A DNA stretch of 64,000 bases. Source: Klebsormidium nitens (Eukaryota > Plantae > Klebsormidiophyceae). Under the pieces are notes generated by a model, which saw only the letters and a list, made by a program, of their open reading frames with translations, searched no databases and was not told the DNA's origin. The translations under genes and the position numbers were made by a program. The DNA is taken from NCBI GenBank assembly GCA_000708835.1, contig DF236950.1:7508-71507 (forward strand), in the 5' to 3' direction. Each line of letters begins with the position of its first letter. Within the stretch, counting starts at the first letter, position 1. Below are positions 12,737 through 23,996 of the stretch, piece by piece.

Positions 12737-12745
12737 TTGTTCAAC
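12737..12745 (+). repeat. Left 9-bp target site duplication TTGTTCAAC
   Basis: Identical to 29388-29396 and immediately abuts the terminal GAG of the element. Confidence 0.9.
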
Positions 12746-12790
12746 GAGCTATTTCTTAGGATGAGCCTTAGGCCATGAGCGTTTGAGCGC
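12746..12790 (+). repeat. Left terminal inverted repeat (45 bp, degenerate)
   Basis: The inner 30 bp ATGAGCCTTAGGCCATGAGCGTTTGAGCGC match the reverse complement of the right end at 26/30, and the terminal GAG is conserved. Further TGAGCG hexamers and a TCAGATTTGAGC/GCTCAAATCTGA inverted pair lie at 12796-12847. Confidence 0.8.
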
Positions 12791-13409
12791 CCCGCTTCAG
12801 ATTTGAGCGTTACCGCAGAAAATTTGAGCGTTACCGGCTCAAATCTGACGTCATAGCGCTCAAAGTAGTCGTATGCCCGCTTTTTAGGGGCGCGCGCACT
12901 ATTCGCGGTCGCCTTGCTGACGTCAGCAGAAGGGCTTGTAAAATTTACGGGAAATTGGCCATACTTCGAAGATCTGGACCTTTTGTACTAGCTGAGGGCG
13001 GGAGCACGCACAGCTAGGTTAGCTTTCCGCACATTATTACCGACGGGCTCGCTCTATGCATGACTGCTGCGGTTTTTTTCGGTTAAACCCGGGGTTATAC
13101 ACGGGTGGTAGTTCAGTCAACATAATAGTCAACATAATTGTAGGCAGTTGTGCAAGAAATATTCAGCATACCAGAGCCTCCTCCTATTAGCATGACATGC
13201 CGTCCATTCTGCACTTCATGATTCAGGGATTGCATATACGTTCATTTATCATGGACACTAATCACAAACTATTGTCTTTCGACTTGAGTCGACAATACAT
13301 ATTTTGACAATGCAATTCAACCAATTTATACTTTTCTTCATACAAAAAACGCACTGTCTGCGAAGTTCTTTAGCTGCCTTCAATCCTACATGTTACGGAC
13401 CTTCCGGCA

Positions 13410-14105
13410 TTAACACATCGTAATGACACTCCGAACGTGGTACCAGACCGCCTCGTTTTCTCTCAACTGTACAAACTCCATCTGGGGTTGGTAGATCCTC
13501 ATCTTCCTCCTATTTTCCCCCTTTGCCACCGTTACCTTGTGGCCCATCGCCCATACGACCCTTTGCTCGAAGTCCCCTCCCCAGCATCCGCTTCGCGACA
13601 TTCTGTCTACGTAAGTATCGAATTCAGTCAAATCGTCCTCGTCCCGTAGCGCTTGGTACAATTTTTCCCACGTTGGCAATGGTCGCCGTTTGCTCGGGGG
13701 CCTCGAGGACGTTATCAACTGGGGGGGGATAGGCCTATTCTTGTGGTCACGCAGGTAGGCAACTATCGTTGCGCGCACCTTCAACCCCTCTTTCTCTAAG
13801 TCGATTGGGAGACGACCAGCCCGCAGCTGTGCAGCAAGCTCCTCTCCCCCTCCTAGGGGCTCTCCGTTCAATGTTGCCACCACAAATGCAGTCATGAAGA
13901 AGCAGTTCATGTTATCACCGCTTATTGCGAACCGCTTGTAATTGCGCAAGTCCACCGTCCCCTCCGAACTTCGCACGACGATATCATCGCTATCTTCGCT
14001 GTCCGATGACTCGGACAGAGTCACAGGCGGCTCAGCTATTGATCTTGCCGGTGAGGACATGATGGAACCCGAGACTGCAACCGATGCGATGACCTTCGTT
14101 AGCAT
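13410..14105 (-). CDS. OTU-family cysteine protease (deubiquitinase-like) carried by the MULE
   Basis: Cys loop ISGDNMNCFF (cf. GDGNCLF), YVDRMSRSGCWGGDFE (cf. Y..RM...G.WGG..E) and C-terminal WYHVRSV (cf. HY.SV). Could be a separate gene or the terminal exon of the upstream gene. Confidence 0.75.
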   Translation of the reverse strand: MLTKVIASVAVSGSIMSSPARSIAEPPVTLSESSDSEDSDDIVVRSSEGTVDLRNYKRFAISGDNMNCFFMTAFVVATLNGEPLGGGEELAAQLRAGRLPIDLEKEGLKVRATIVAYLRDHKNRPIPPQLITSSRPPSKRRPLPTWEKLYQALRDEDDLTEFDTYVDRMSRSGCWGGDFEQRVVWAMGHKVTVAKGENRRKMRIYQPQMEFVQLRENEAVWYHVRSVITMC

Positions 14106-14446
14106 GTGACGGCTCGTCTCGAAATCACGATTTGACTATTAGCAAATATCACGGTCACTTCATGCCGCGGTCTTGCATTGAGTAGTCCGAGAGGTTGACT
14201 GCCCGGTCGGTATGAGATCACAAACTTGAAGCAAACAGATCCATTCCAGAATAGTTCGTCGGTTGGTGGGATGTTTTTTTTATTTACAGTCGTATTCCTA
14301 GTTTGGCGTTTTTTTTTCCTCGGATTGTTGACTGCAAATGGTTATCTACGAAGCTTTCCTATTTTTCAGCTCACACTTCCTAACTGTTTACTAGTGACAT
14401 TGTTCCTATCACACTGCGAGATTCCTAATCCTCAAGTGCTGCATCT

Positions 14447-17400
14447 TCAATCCTCTGGCTCCTCTATCAGGTAATCGACAAACTTCAAGGCCTCGGCATG
14501 GCTAGGGGCTGGTGACTCCTCACGTGGCGCTCTCTGGCTGCTCTCGGTCGCCTCATCGCTGACGGCCGACTGCCCACCTTCACCCCCTTCGGCCGGCCCT
14601 TCTCCGCCCTTCTCCCCCCCCTTATTCCGCTTCTTCCGTTCTTTCTTTTCTCCCCCCCCTTCCCCCTCGGACTTTCTCTTCCTCCCCTTGGTCTTCGTGT
14701 CCTCAGCAGGGCCCTCTCCACCGCCCTCCGCCGTTCCCTCCGCCGTTCCCCCCTTCTCTTTCCTCTTCCGCTGTTTCTTCTCTTTGGGCTCGCTCCCTTC
14801 TGCCTTCTCTCCCTCTTTTTCCGCCGCAACAGGACCCTTCCTCTTCGCGGGCTCCTTCTTAGCGGCTGCCGCCGCACCGCTCGCTGCGTCTTTCTTTCCA
14901 GAGCCTGACGCGGCGCCTGCTGCCCCCTTCTTTCCCCCGGCGACTTTCCCCGACTTGCCCCCCTTCCCAGCCGCACTGGGACCCGTCTTCTTCTCCGTCA
15001 CTTGCTTTTCCCCCGTCGAAGCTACCTTTTCCTTCCCCTTTCGAGATGTCGCCGTCCCGGCTGTCTTCGAGGAGGGTGCTGTGGTAGTCTCTGCGGGGGC
15101 TGCTGGCAGCGGATCGAACTCGTCCGGAAGCTTTTGCCCCGCCCGGTACGCCATCGCCCGCTCGGCGAACGTCATGTCGGTGGGCGTGGATCTGATCCTC
15201 CGCCCCTTCGACCCCATCCACACATGCAGCCTGCGGCTAAGTACCGACACCACCAGCATGTTTCTCCTCAGCAGGGCAGCTGTCGTGTACCCGTTCTCCT
15301 CCCCTAAAACCACAGCTACCGCGCTCCCAGTCGCAGAGGGGACGGCGCCCTGTACATAGCAGATGCACAAGCTCCATCAAAAGTCTGAAACAGAACAAGG
15401 CATCGTAGGCAGGCTGTGACACTAGGGCAGAAACAAGTACTCGATGAATAAGTAGCCGAAGTCAAAGCAGACTAGAAACAGATGTTTATTTCCCACACCG
15501 CAACCATCGCAGGCAGGATGCGACACTTTACCACAGTCGTCAAACAATTTAAGACACTGCTCGTGCATAAGGAACTCATATATCATCGTCATCGAAGTGC
15601 TCCTGCCCCGCTTACAAAACATCACATGCAGGGTGCGACACTATCCAGCGTGAGGAAATACAATCACCTCGAGAATGCTGTTGATGGTCTCCAGGGGCCA
15701 GCTCTCTGGGTCGGCTGTGCACGGACTGGTCTGCAATAGACAAGGAGAGTGGCATCAGTTTCAGAAAACCCTTTACTACAAAAGCATCGCACGCAGCATG
15801 CGACGCTTTTACAACTTCCACCATCGAAGATTTGCAGTGGGCCGAGCTGCTTGTAAGAGGACCTACCGTGAACGTGCCGGCGTGCTTGAACTTCTTGTGG
15901 GTCAGCCCGAACCCGTACTGCTTGGACTGGTCGGGGAGCTCCAGCTCGGACCCGACGGGAGTCAAGTAGACGACCTGGTACATCGTCCCACTGTCTCCCC
16001 ACTTCTCGAACTTCCCGAACCCCTTCTGAGAGTAAATAGACATTCGTTAGGACTTAAGTGAGTTCAAGCTATCTTGATGAGGGCGGGACCTGTTATGGAG
16101 CTTCTTGCACAGTGTACATGACAAACAAGCAAGACAAAACACATGGCGAGCCCCAGCTTTTATACCTAGAGGGGAAAGCTACAAAGTACAGCAGCTGATC
16201 AAACTCTCCATAGTCAAAAGCAATCATAGTGAAGACGGAAAACAAACAAGACGACACACGGCAAGCCCAACACTTTTTAAACTACAGAGGAAAGCTACAA
16301 AACACAGCAGCTCGTAGAGGTCAGAGCAGTCTCTAAAGTTGGTAAAAAAGTTGCGCTTAACCTACCTCCAGTTTCTTGGGGACCAGGCAGATGACCCTGC
16401 GGGCGACTATCTGTAGACCGGGCGCAATCCAGTCGAGCGGGGTGTCGCCCGGAAGAACCGCGATCCCCACTGTTCCGTCAAACCTGAGAAGGTCTGACAT
16501 CAGCTGTGTCGCCGCCCTGACTGACGACTCGAGCGCGCGCGCGTCTCCGACCACCTCCCTAGCGCACGCAGCTAGATACATAACTAGATGGACCGGTCGC
16601 TCCGTCAAGTCGAATTCCTGGCTGCTGGAGGTCACCCAACCCAGGCGGTCTGTGATGGCGGAAATGGGGGGGAACTTCTCCCCAACTACCCCCTGATGCG
16701 CTGTGTCCGTTCGGACCGCCATGACAGCCAGGCGGGAGTCCGGGCGGATTTGGAGGACGATTTTGCGGTCCCATAGTTCCAGGGAGCGGGGGGGGTTTAC
16801 AATCGACTCCACGACCGAGGCTGACAGATAGGGGGCGGCCGGGAGCTTCTCCTTCTTGGCCAGGGTCCGCGGTTCAGCCCCCCTGTCCCAAACCCGGATC
16901 GTGGGGGTGGCTTCGTCACAGTCCACCTCCCACCGGCACCCCATTACCGCTTCCCTGAAGGGCGTTGTGTCCAGGTAGTCCAGCTCTTAAGGTCCCACTG
17001 CGAGTACATGACTTGCTCGTCGGCCACGTAGTCACGGTCTTCGTTTTTGAACATTGTGCCGGCGGGTTTCACGAAACCAGCGCGCGTGATGAGCGCGTGC
17101 CGCAGCTCCGGAACTGGGATGACGACGAATTGTTGGATGACGAGTTTGGGGAGGTTCTGCAGCGCCACGAGAGTCTGCAGCTGGTCGGGGGTGACCTCGA
17201 AGGTGCGCGACGGGAGGACGGTCCTGAAGTAGCTGCATAGAAGGAAACTTGAGTGGTAAGGAAGGGTGTTGCATGCAGGGTGTGATACTTTAGTTCTAAT
17301 CATTGCCAAACCCCATAATACGTAAAAGGCGGGACTACTTCGGTTGGTCAAGCCTGAAATTGACGTGTCGCATGCAGGGGGCGACACTGTAACCCACAAT

Positions 17401-20400
17401 GCTTTTTATTCATAAAAGGAACGACTGAAAATATTTTATTGATCAAAAAAGAAAACACTTTGACACGACACGCTAAGAGCAGACAGCCGGTATCATTCTA
17501 GTACGGAAACCGAGTTGGTACAATTCAAACTGAACGAAACAGTTTTAATGATGTTAGCATCGCAGGCAGGATGCGATACTTCCGGGAAATACGCTCAGAC
17601 AGCAAACAAACACTCTGACAACTTTACACAACCAAATTCTTGAAGTACGATCGCCAGATATTGATTCAACAGCAGCTTCGTACCTGGGTAGATTGCACAA
17701 ATGTACAGAACAGATTTCGAAATCCACTAATTACTAACCTGAGCGTCATTCGGTCTCGCAAGGAGGCGAGCGCTGCAGGCTTGATGTTTCCGCTGAATGC
17801 GGACACGGACGCCGCCCACCAAAACGGCCTCCCCGCCGGCCCGTCCGGGGTCTGCATCCACAGAATGGCCTTGCCGAACTCGTACGGATCGTACGCTCCG
17901 GCGAAGTGGAGGTAGTCCTTAGCCAATGCAGGCGAATCCCCCCTCTTTCTGGTCTTCGGCTTCTCGTAGAACCCGAAGTCCATGAGCTGGGTGACGACAG
18001 CCTCGCACACCGCGAACAGGACCCCCATCCACTTCACCCAGGACTTCAGATTGGATCGGGATCGGTCCAGGCCGGTGATGTGCTTGAAGGACTCTCCGTC
18101 GAGTTCGCAGAGAAGCACGACGACTGCATCCCAGGAGACGGGCAGGTGCTTCATCGACAGAACGTCGAGGACGTCGATGTCTGGCACAACGAGCTCAGGC
18201 TGCTCGAGCATGACCCATCTTTGCCAAATGGGCTCCCAAAAGCCGCGCTTCTCCTTTGACAGGTTGGCGCAGTGCACCCTCTTCAGCGCCCACACAGACC
18301 GGGCGGACCCGAGTTCGCCGACTTTCTCCGCAGGGAGGCTCAAGGTCGACTTGTCCATGAGCAGCAGGCTGTAAAGCATCAAGAAATAGTAAGCCGTCTT
18401 TTCAATCGCGTCTAAACGTCAGATTTGACATAACATTCTTTCGTACAGAAGGACAAATCACAACAGTATTTCCATGACACTCAGTACAGCCAACAAGAGT
18501 AGACAATAGCATTATGCTTGCAAACTCATTATTAACCGGGATCCCGAGTTCCAATGATCTCCACGGAAAGTAACAGCAAGAAACACAGAAAACGAGTTGG
18601 GTTCTCACCCGAGGCTGGGCTTCAAGCCCACAGCAAACACAATCCCGGGGTAGTTCACTCCTTGCTCTTTGAGCTCTGCTCGCAGCTTAGTCCACTTCCC
18701 AGTGTGTTCGCCGTACAACGTGAGCATCTGCATCGGTAAATAAGTATCGCACTCAGCATGTGACACCTCCACAGCAATCGAGTACAGGAGAATAAACCTC
18801 GACAAAGAGACAGACCCAGACAAGAGAACAATTCCGCGCATACAGTGTATCCGTCCTACAAGGCTTGTCTCTCTTAACCAAATGGGAACTCGAAGGAAGA
18901 AAACAACAAGGCGTCACAGCCTGCCGGCGACACTCCAGGAGATAGGGGATCTGCTTTAAGCTGTGCAACAGTCTATAGGCTAGATATCCTTACGTCATTG
19001 AAATTCTAAAGGTTGAAGAAGCACAGCATCACATCCTGCCTGCGACACTCTCTGGTATAAAATTTCGAAAGGTTGAAGAAGCACAGCATCGCATCCTGCC
19101 TGCGACACTCTCCGAGATAGAATTCCAAAGGTTGAAGAAGCACAGCATCGCATCCTGCCTGCGACACTCTCAGTAAACTCACCGCTCCGCTGACGATCTT
19201 CTCCATCTCTTCTTCGGTCTTGTCGTTGAGCTGGTAGCAGGCGTAAACCTCTTGCGCCACAGTCTTCTTGGAGTTGAACTCGATGTTGTTGTCGTTTATC
19301 TGCCGGGACATAGCCGCGACGTCGTCCATGTTGTCAGCGGTTAGGCCGACCAAGAACGTTTGGAAGAAGATGTCCTTGGTAGTCTTTCCCGTGTCAGCCT
19401 TGTCCTTGGCACGACCCCGTTTGTATCCCTCCAGCCTGGAAAGAAATGGAATCAAATCAACAACTAATTTCCTAGCATATTTAGCACAGCGTACAGCCAA
19501 TGACCTTTGGTACAAAGCAACGGAGGCAGCCATGCCGAGTCGCTCATTTTGTTGTCGGAACGTATGGCAAAGACTGATTCGCAACCAACAACATACAGGA
19601 TGGAATACAGGGCTAACATCACCTTGGTTCTGGTTAAGCTTCTTTTCTATATTCTGTGGCAATGAAATCGTTGAATGCAGTCAAGAAACAAAGGCGAGGC
19701 AACTTTAGCATAGCGAGCGCTGACCACTGCAGTATTTCACAAATGTGCTCACCTCGAGTTCCCATCCACAAGGAACAGCCACCTCCCCACCACGTTCGCC
19801 TTAAGCCACTCCCCCTTCGCCTTCACTCCGGCGTCCTCGCTCTTGCACATCTGCCCGACCGTCTTCTCAAACTTCTCTAGATCCGCCCGATCTTCGACAG
19901 ACATCGCCGCCTTGTCTTCTTCGGTGATCAAAACGTCTTTCCCAAACGGTCTGATCACTGCCGTCACGTCCCCCCTCTCCTTGATGTGGCCCTCCACCCA
20001 GATCCTCTCCCCCGTCCTGACCTGCGCAGGCGTGGTCATCCTTTCCGTGATCCGCACCGCCTTGGGCCGTCCGTTGGCGTCTACCTCAGGGTGCACTACA
20101 CCAAACTTCTCTGCGTCGTTCCCGTTTTGCAGCATGCACATCGGGATGTCGAAGTGCAGCTTGCCCCTCCCATCCCAGTCCTTTGGATAGGCGGCGGTTG
20201 CTTCCATCAGAGACGTCATCCGGCGCGCGACCTGATGCACGCTTACCAGGTCGGTGAGCTTGCGGAACTGCAAGGGTTGAGAAACGTAGTTAGGTGAGCG
20301 AATTGAACCAATCAGCACAGTAAATATTTCGGGAGAAGGACTACACCATCACATGCTGGAGGCGATACTCTCAAAAGAGGTCTAGTAAAGGGTAACTCAA

Positions 20401-22074
20401 GGAGGCATGATGAACAAGACACTGCACGTGGACTATCAGCAACCTTATCCACATTCGTTTACACACTCCGCAGCGATTTGAAAGGAATCCTATTCTGTAC
20501 CAGGTGTTTGTTATAAAAATAGCTAGCTCTGAAACGGGCGTGACCAGCTACAGGCCCCTTACAAACGCCAACACGTTATGCCAACAACCTATCCTAGTAT
20601 CACAGCCAGGATGCGACGCTGGGAGAACACAGAATAGCAGAACGACGAATACTTAAGCATTAACTTGCGCACAGTTCATGCTGGCAATAACCCTAAGGAC
20701 ACCCCTTTACAAGATATCACAAAAACACGAGAACATCAGTGGGCAATGGTATCACAGGCAGCATGCCACGCTTCAGACTACAAACAGCCAGTATGCAGAC
20801 TATCTGAAGGTATAAGAAGGACATGACAACCTCAACAATCAAAAGCGTCACAGGCAGCATGCGACGTTCATACAAAGACCATCCCTTTGTACCCCTTTGC
20901 AGTCCCCATCTCAAGTCTCAAATGAAGTAGAGAACCTCAGTTAAGTCCACAGCATCTCATGCAGTTTGCGACGCTTCTAAACTCAAGCAACATAAAAAAT
21001 CTACTAAAATGTTATCTAATCTATCAAACCTACCTCTTCAGCATTCAGGCCCTTTGCCTCTTCACCCCCCTTCCCCTCCTTGAATTCCTGAGCCAGCTTC
21101 CTGATGTACTCCATCCTCTCAGGGTTGATCTTCCCTGACGGTCCGAAGAAATCTCCAGAGCCCACCGCCCCAGTTGGTGCCTCCTTCTCCCCTCCGTCAG
21201 CAGCCTCTGACTTGCCTGCGGCATCCCCCTTCCCTGACGTTCCCGCCTTCTTTGCACCCCCCTTCTCTGGGGGCTTGGCAATAGGAGGTGTCTCCTTGGG
21301 TGGTGCCTTGTCTTGCTCCGCACCCCCCCCCACCTCTTCCCTCATCTCTGCTGAAACTTCCCCACTTTTCCGCTCTTGCGCTGCGCTAACCTCGCTTCTC
21401 TTCTTCTCGATATCAACTGCGGAGGACTCCACCCCTTCAAGGCTTGACCTTCCTTGCAGCCCCTCCACCTGAACCTCAGGCGGTTCCTTAGTTACCCCTT
21501 CTCCGGTTCCCTCCGCCTCCGCCTTGTCTTCCTTCTTCCCTAACTCAGGATCGTGCGCCTTTTGGGTCGCGCCCGTTACCGCATCTAAGGCCGACAGCTC
21601 ACTGACCGCGGGCGGGTTTTTAGTCGGGGGGTTTTCAGGGTTTACCCCCGAAACGTCAGCGGCCGCCCCGCCCCCCACTTCCGTCGGCGCGCTCGCGACT
21701 TCGAGCCGCGCGCCCGCTCCACTATCCAAAACCTCCAGGCCAACCGGCTGATCTTCGGCGGCGATTCCGGCGGCCGCGCGGTCACCGGAACCGCCTTCTG
21801 CGGCGGCCGCCTCCGCTCGCTGCTCGCCTACCCCACCCTCGAAATTTGACTCCGCTTCTGCCACCACCGAGGGCATTGCAGCAGGGTTAACTTCCGAGAC
21901 TCCTTTCCCGCCTTCCGCATGAGCGGATTCCGCTTCTTCGTTGCCCCTATCCCCCCGCTTCAGCTTGGACCTGGGCTTCCTCGTTCCTAGCGGCAAGTCC
22001 TCAGGGTCAACCTGTGCAGCTTCCCGCTTTGGCTTCTTTCCACGCCCCATACTCGTTTCGCTTCGGTTGTTCAC
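14447..22074 (-). CDS. Large multi-exon MULE cargo protein: low-complexity N-terminus, ParB/Srx-like domain, possible degenerate DNA-MTase fold, Lys/Gly/Glu-rich C-terminal tail
   Basis: Exons bounded by AG/GT at about 22074-21034, 20267-19753, 19435-19181, 18730-18608, 18364-17738, 17233-16366, 16028-15866 and 15350-14447. Splicing creates FLVDGNSRLEGYKR...SRQINDNNIEFNSKKTVAQEVYACYQL. One apparent 1-nt frameshift at ~16986. Confidence 0.75.
19006..19172 (+). repeat. ~60-bp tandem repeat x3, each unit containing one 25-bp palindrome
   Basis: AAAGGTTGAAGAAGCACAGCATC(A/G)CATCCTGCCTGCGACACTCTC occurs three times in an intron. Confidence 0.92.
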
Positions 22075-22908
22075 GACACTATCCGGGATAGAACTTCTTG
22101 GCCCTGGGCCGCTTCGCAGGTTCTTTCCAAACGGTGAAGTACGTGTCGAGACTGTCTCACTCTCTGCTGTGGTATTCTGAGAATCCTGGTCTGTTTTTTT
22201 TTAGCGAGTGATCCTAATTACAAGCCCACTCCGAGAGGCCATACAACCAACAGGCGTCGCAGGCAGCAGGTGACACTAGCTTAGCTAAACCCCAGATGCA
22301 ACGATCGCCTCTGAGCGTCGCACCCCGGATGCGACGTTTTGAGAAACTTTGAGGAGCTCACGAACGACAGCAAGAGAGAAGCGTCCTAGGCAGGATGCGG
22401 CACTAACCTACGAAGCCAGCTGCACAGAGGTTTCAGACAAAGGCGTCACAGGCTGTGTGCGATGCTTTTACCTCTAATGCATTGAAAGCAGTTTGAGCTC
22501 GCATCTAGGCATTCGCTTGCAGCCCACAAGAAAGCATCGTTTTCATAAACGATACTTTGCTGAAACGGCCGTATTCTCCGGCGGCGCCCTGAAAACCAAC
22601 TTCAAAAGTTGGGAAAAAGGACAAATGACGCTTTTCTGAAACCTTTGAAGCATGACGCTAAATGTGACGCTAAAGCGGAGCAACTTTTGCGAGATCAATT
22701 TGTTATCCGTGACTACTTTAGCGTCACACTTTACGGCTGCCTCGCGGCTTATATGATTTTCTTACATTTGTTGTTTCCACCGACAGCCGCAAAATCCAGT
22801 CGGGTGCTTGACTAATGATGTTCAGGATGCGTTTTTTCTAACCATATATTACTACATTATTCTACTGACATGCAAGTTGGCGCATGCACGTGTTTCAAGC
22901 GAACATGA

Positions 22909-22985
22909 CCAATCAGAATGGTGCAAAAGGATGGGCACATCCTTACCAGCCAATCGGAGCATCTAAGGATGTTCGCGCGTCCAAT
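22909..22985 (+). promoter_or_regulatory. Three CCAATC boxes in the divergent promoter region between the cargo gene and the transposase
   Basis: CCAATC at 22909, 22950 and 22981, between the two divergently oriented genes. Confidence 0.5.
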
Positions 22986-23996
22986 CACATTCGAGCAACC
23001 ACGCAGGGGTGCTCGTGCTTGCTGCTGCGATCATAGAATTCCGCGAATGTCACAAACCCTCGGCGCCCATCTCGCTCATTCGTAGGTTTGTAGGTTCGAC
23101 GATCGGGGCGCTTCTCGGCAGTTTCCGCACGTGTGCTGACGTCAGCACGCAATGGCATCAGGTAAGTTGCAGCATCGCATGTCGCCTACGATACTGTGCT
23201 CTGAGAGCTACTGTTAACTGTGACCACCTGCGAAGTTGCTGTCAGACAGCTTGGATCGGATCTTTTGACGAAGCATCGCATGCAACATGCGATGCTACGA
23301 GATAGACGGTGCTACAAACTACAGATTCATATGGTAAAGCTGAGCCCCGTACAGTAAGTCACGTACCAGTAGTTACTGAACTATTCTTTGCCCGAACTGT
23401 GTGCAGCTCTCACCGCGTTCAAGCCGCCACGGCAAGGACTGACAGTTGGTAGTCGGCTTTCCGGGGACGGGAAGCAGGCAACTCAGCGGGCCGATCACGG
23501 CCAGCGTTCAGGTGAATGAACACATTAACAGCTACTTTGAATCTAAAATTTATTGTTTATTGTTCAGGGGGTATTTGTTTTCGTTTCAATTTGTTGTCAC
23601 GATTTGGGGTAGCAAAAGTGCACTTCTTGCTTTCGTTTTAAAGGGCTCCGTATTGCTCATTGTCATCTTGAATCTTTTGACTCCTTTGATTGTTTCGTAA
23701 AAGGTCCTTGACTATAATGAACATTTCGACTTCTTCCGTTATTGATTTAAGGGTTAAAATAGAGAAGTGTTTTGAAGTTAGATTCTAATTTTGGTTGGTT
23801 GATTCAAACGAGAAATCTCACTATACCAAGCTTTGTAGTTCGAAGAATTAAAAGGATGTTGGGCTTGATACTATTTCTTAGTTTATCAATATTAAATTGT
23901 TTGAACTAGCAAGCACGAGGATTCAGCCAGGAATACAGAGACATTTACCGTTTTACCTTGTCCGTAGCAATTATGTTAAGCTAATTTTGGTGCTGT

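Larger units (their letters stand above)
9176..12745 (-). pseudogene. Decayed multi-exon gene of unknown function, interrupted by the Mutator element
   Basis: A series of protein-like minus-strand ORF fragments with splice-like boundaries, broken by TGA/TAA stops consistent with CGA/CAA deamination (e.g. exon ~12000-11815 reads FFDESVFLSERLS*RDLHTFLNVHNLL). A 50-bp frameshifting duplication is present. Confidence 0.55.

Noticed and set aside
22533-22556. AGCATCGTT-N6-AACGATACT as a 27th palindrome copy
   Set aside because: The spacer is 6 bp and the inner arm bases deviate, so it was not counted.
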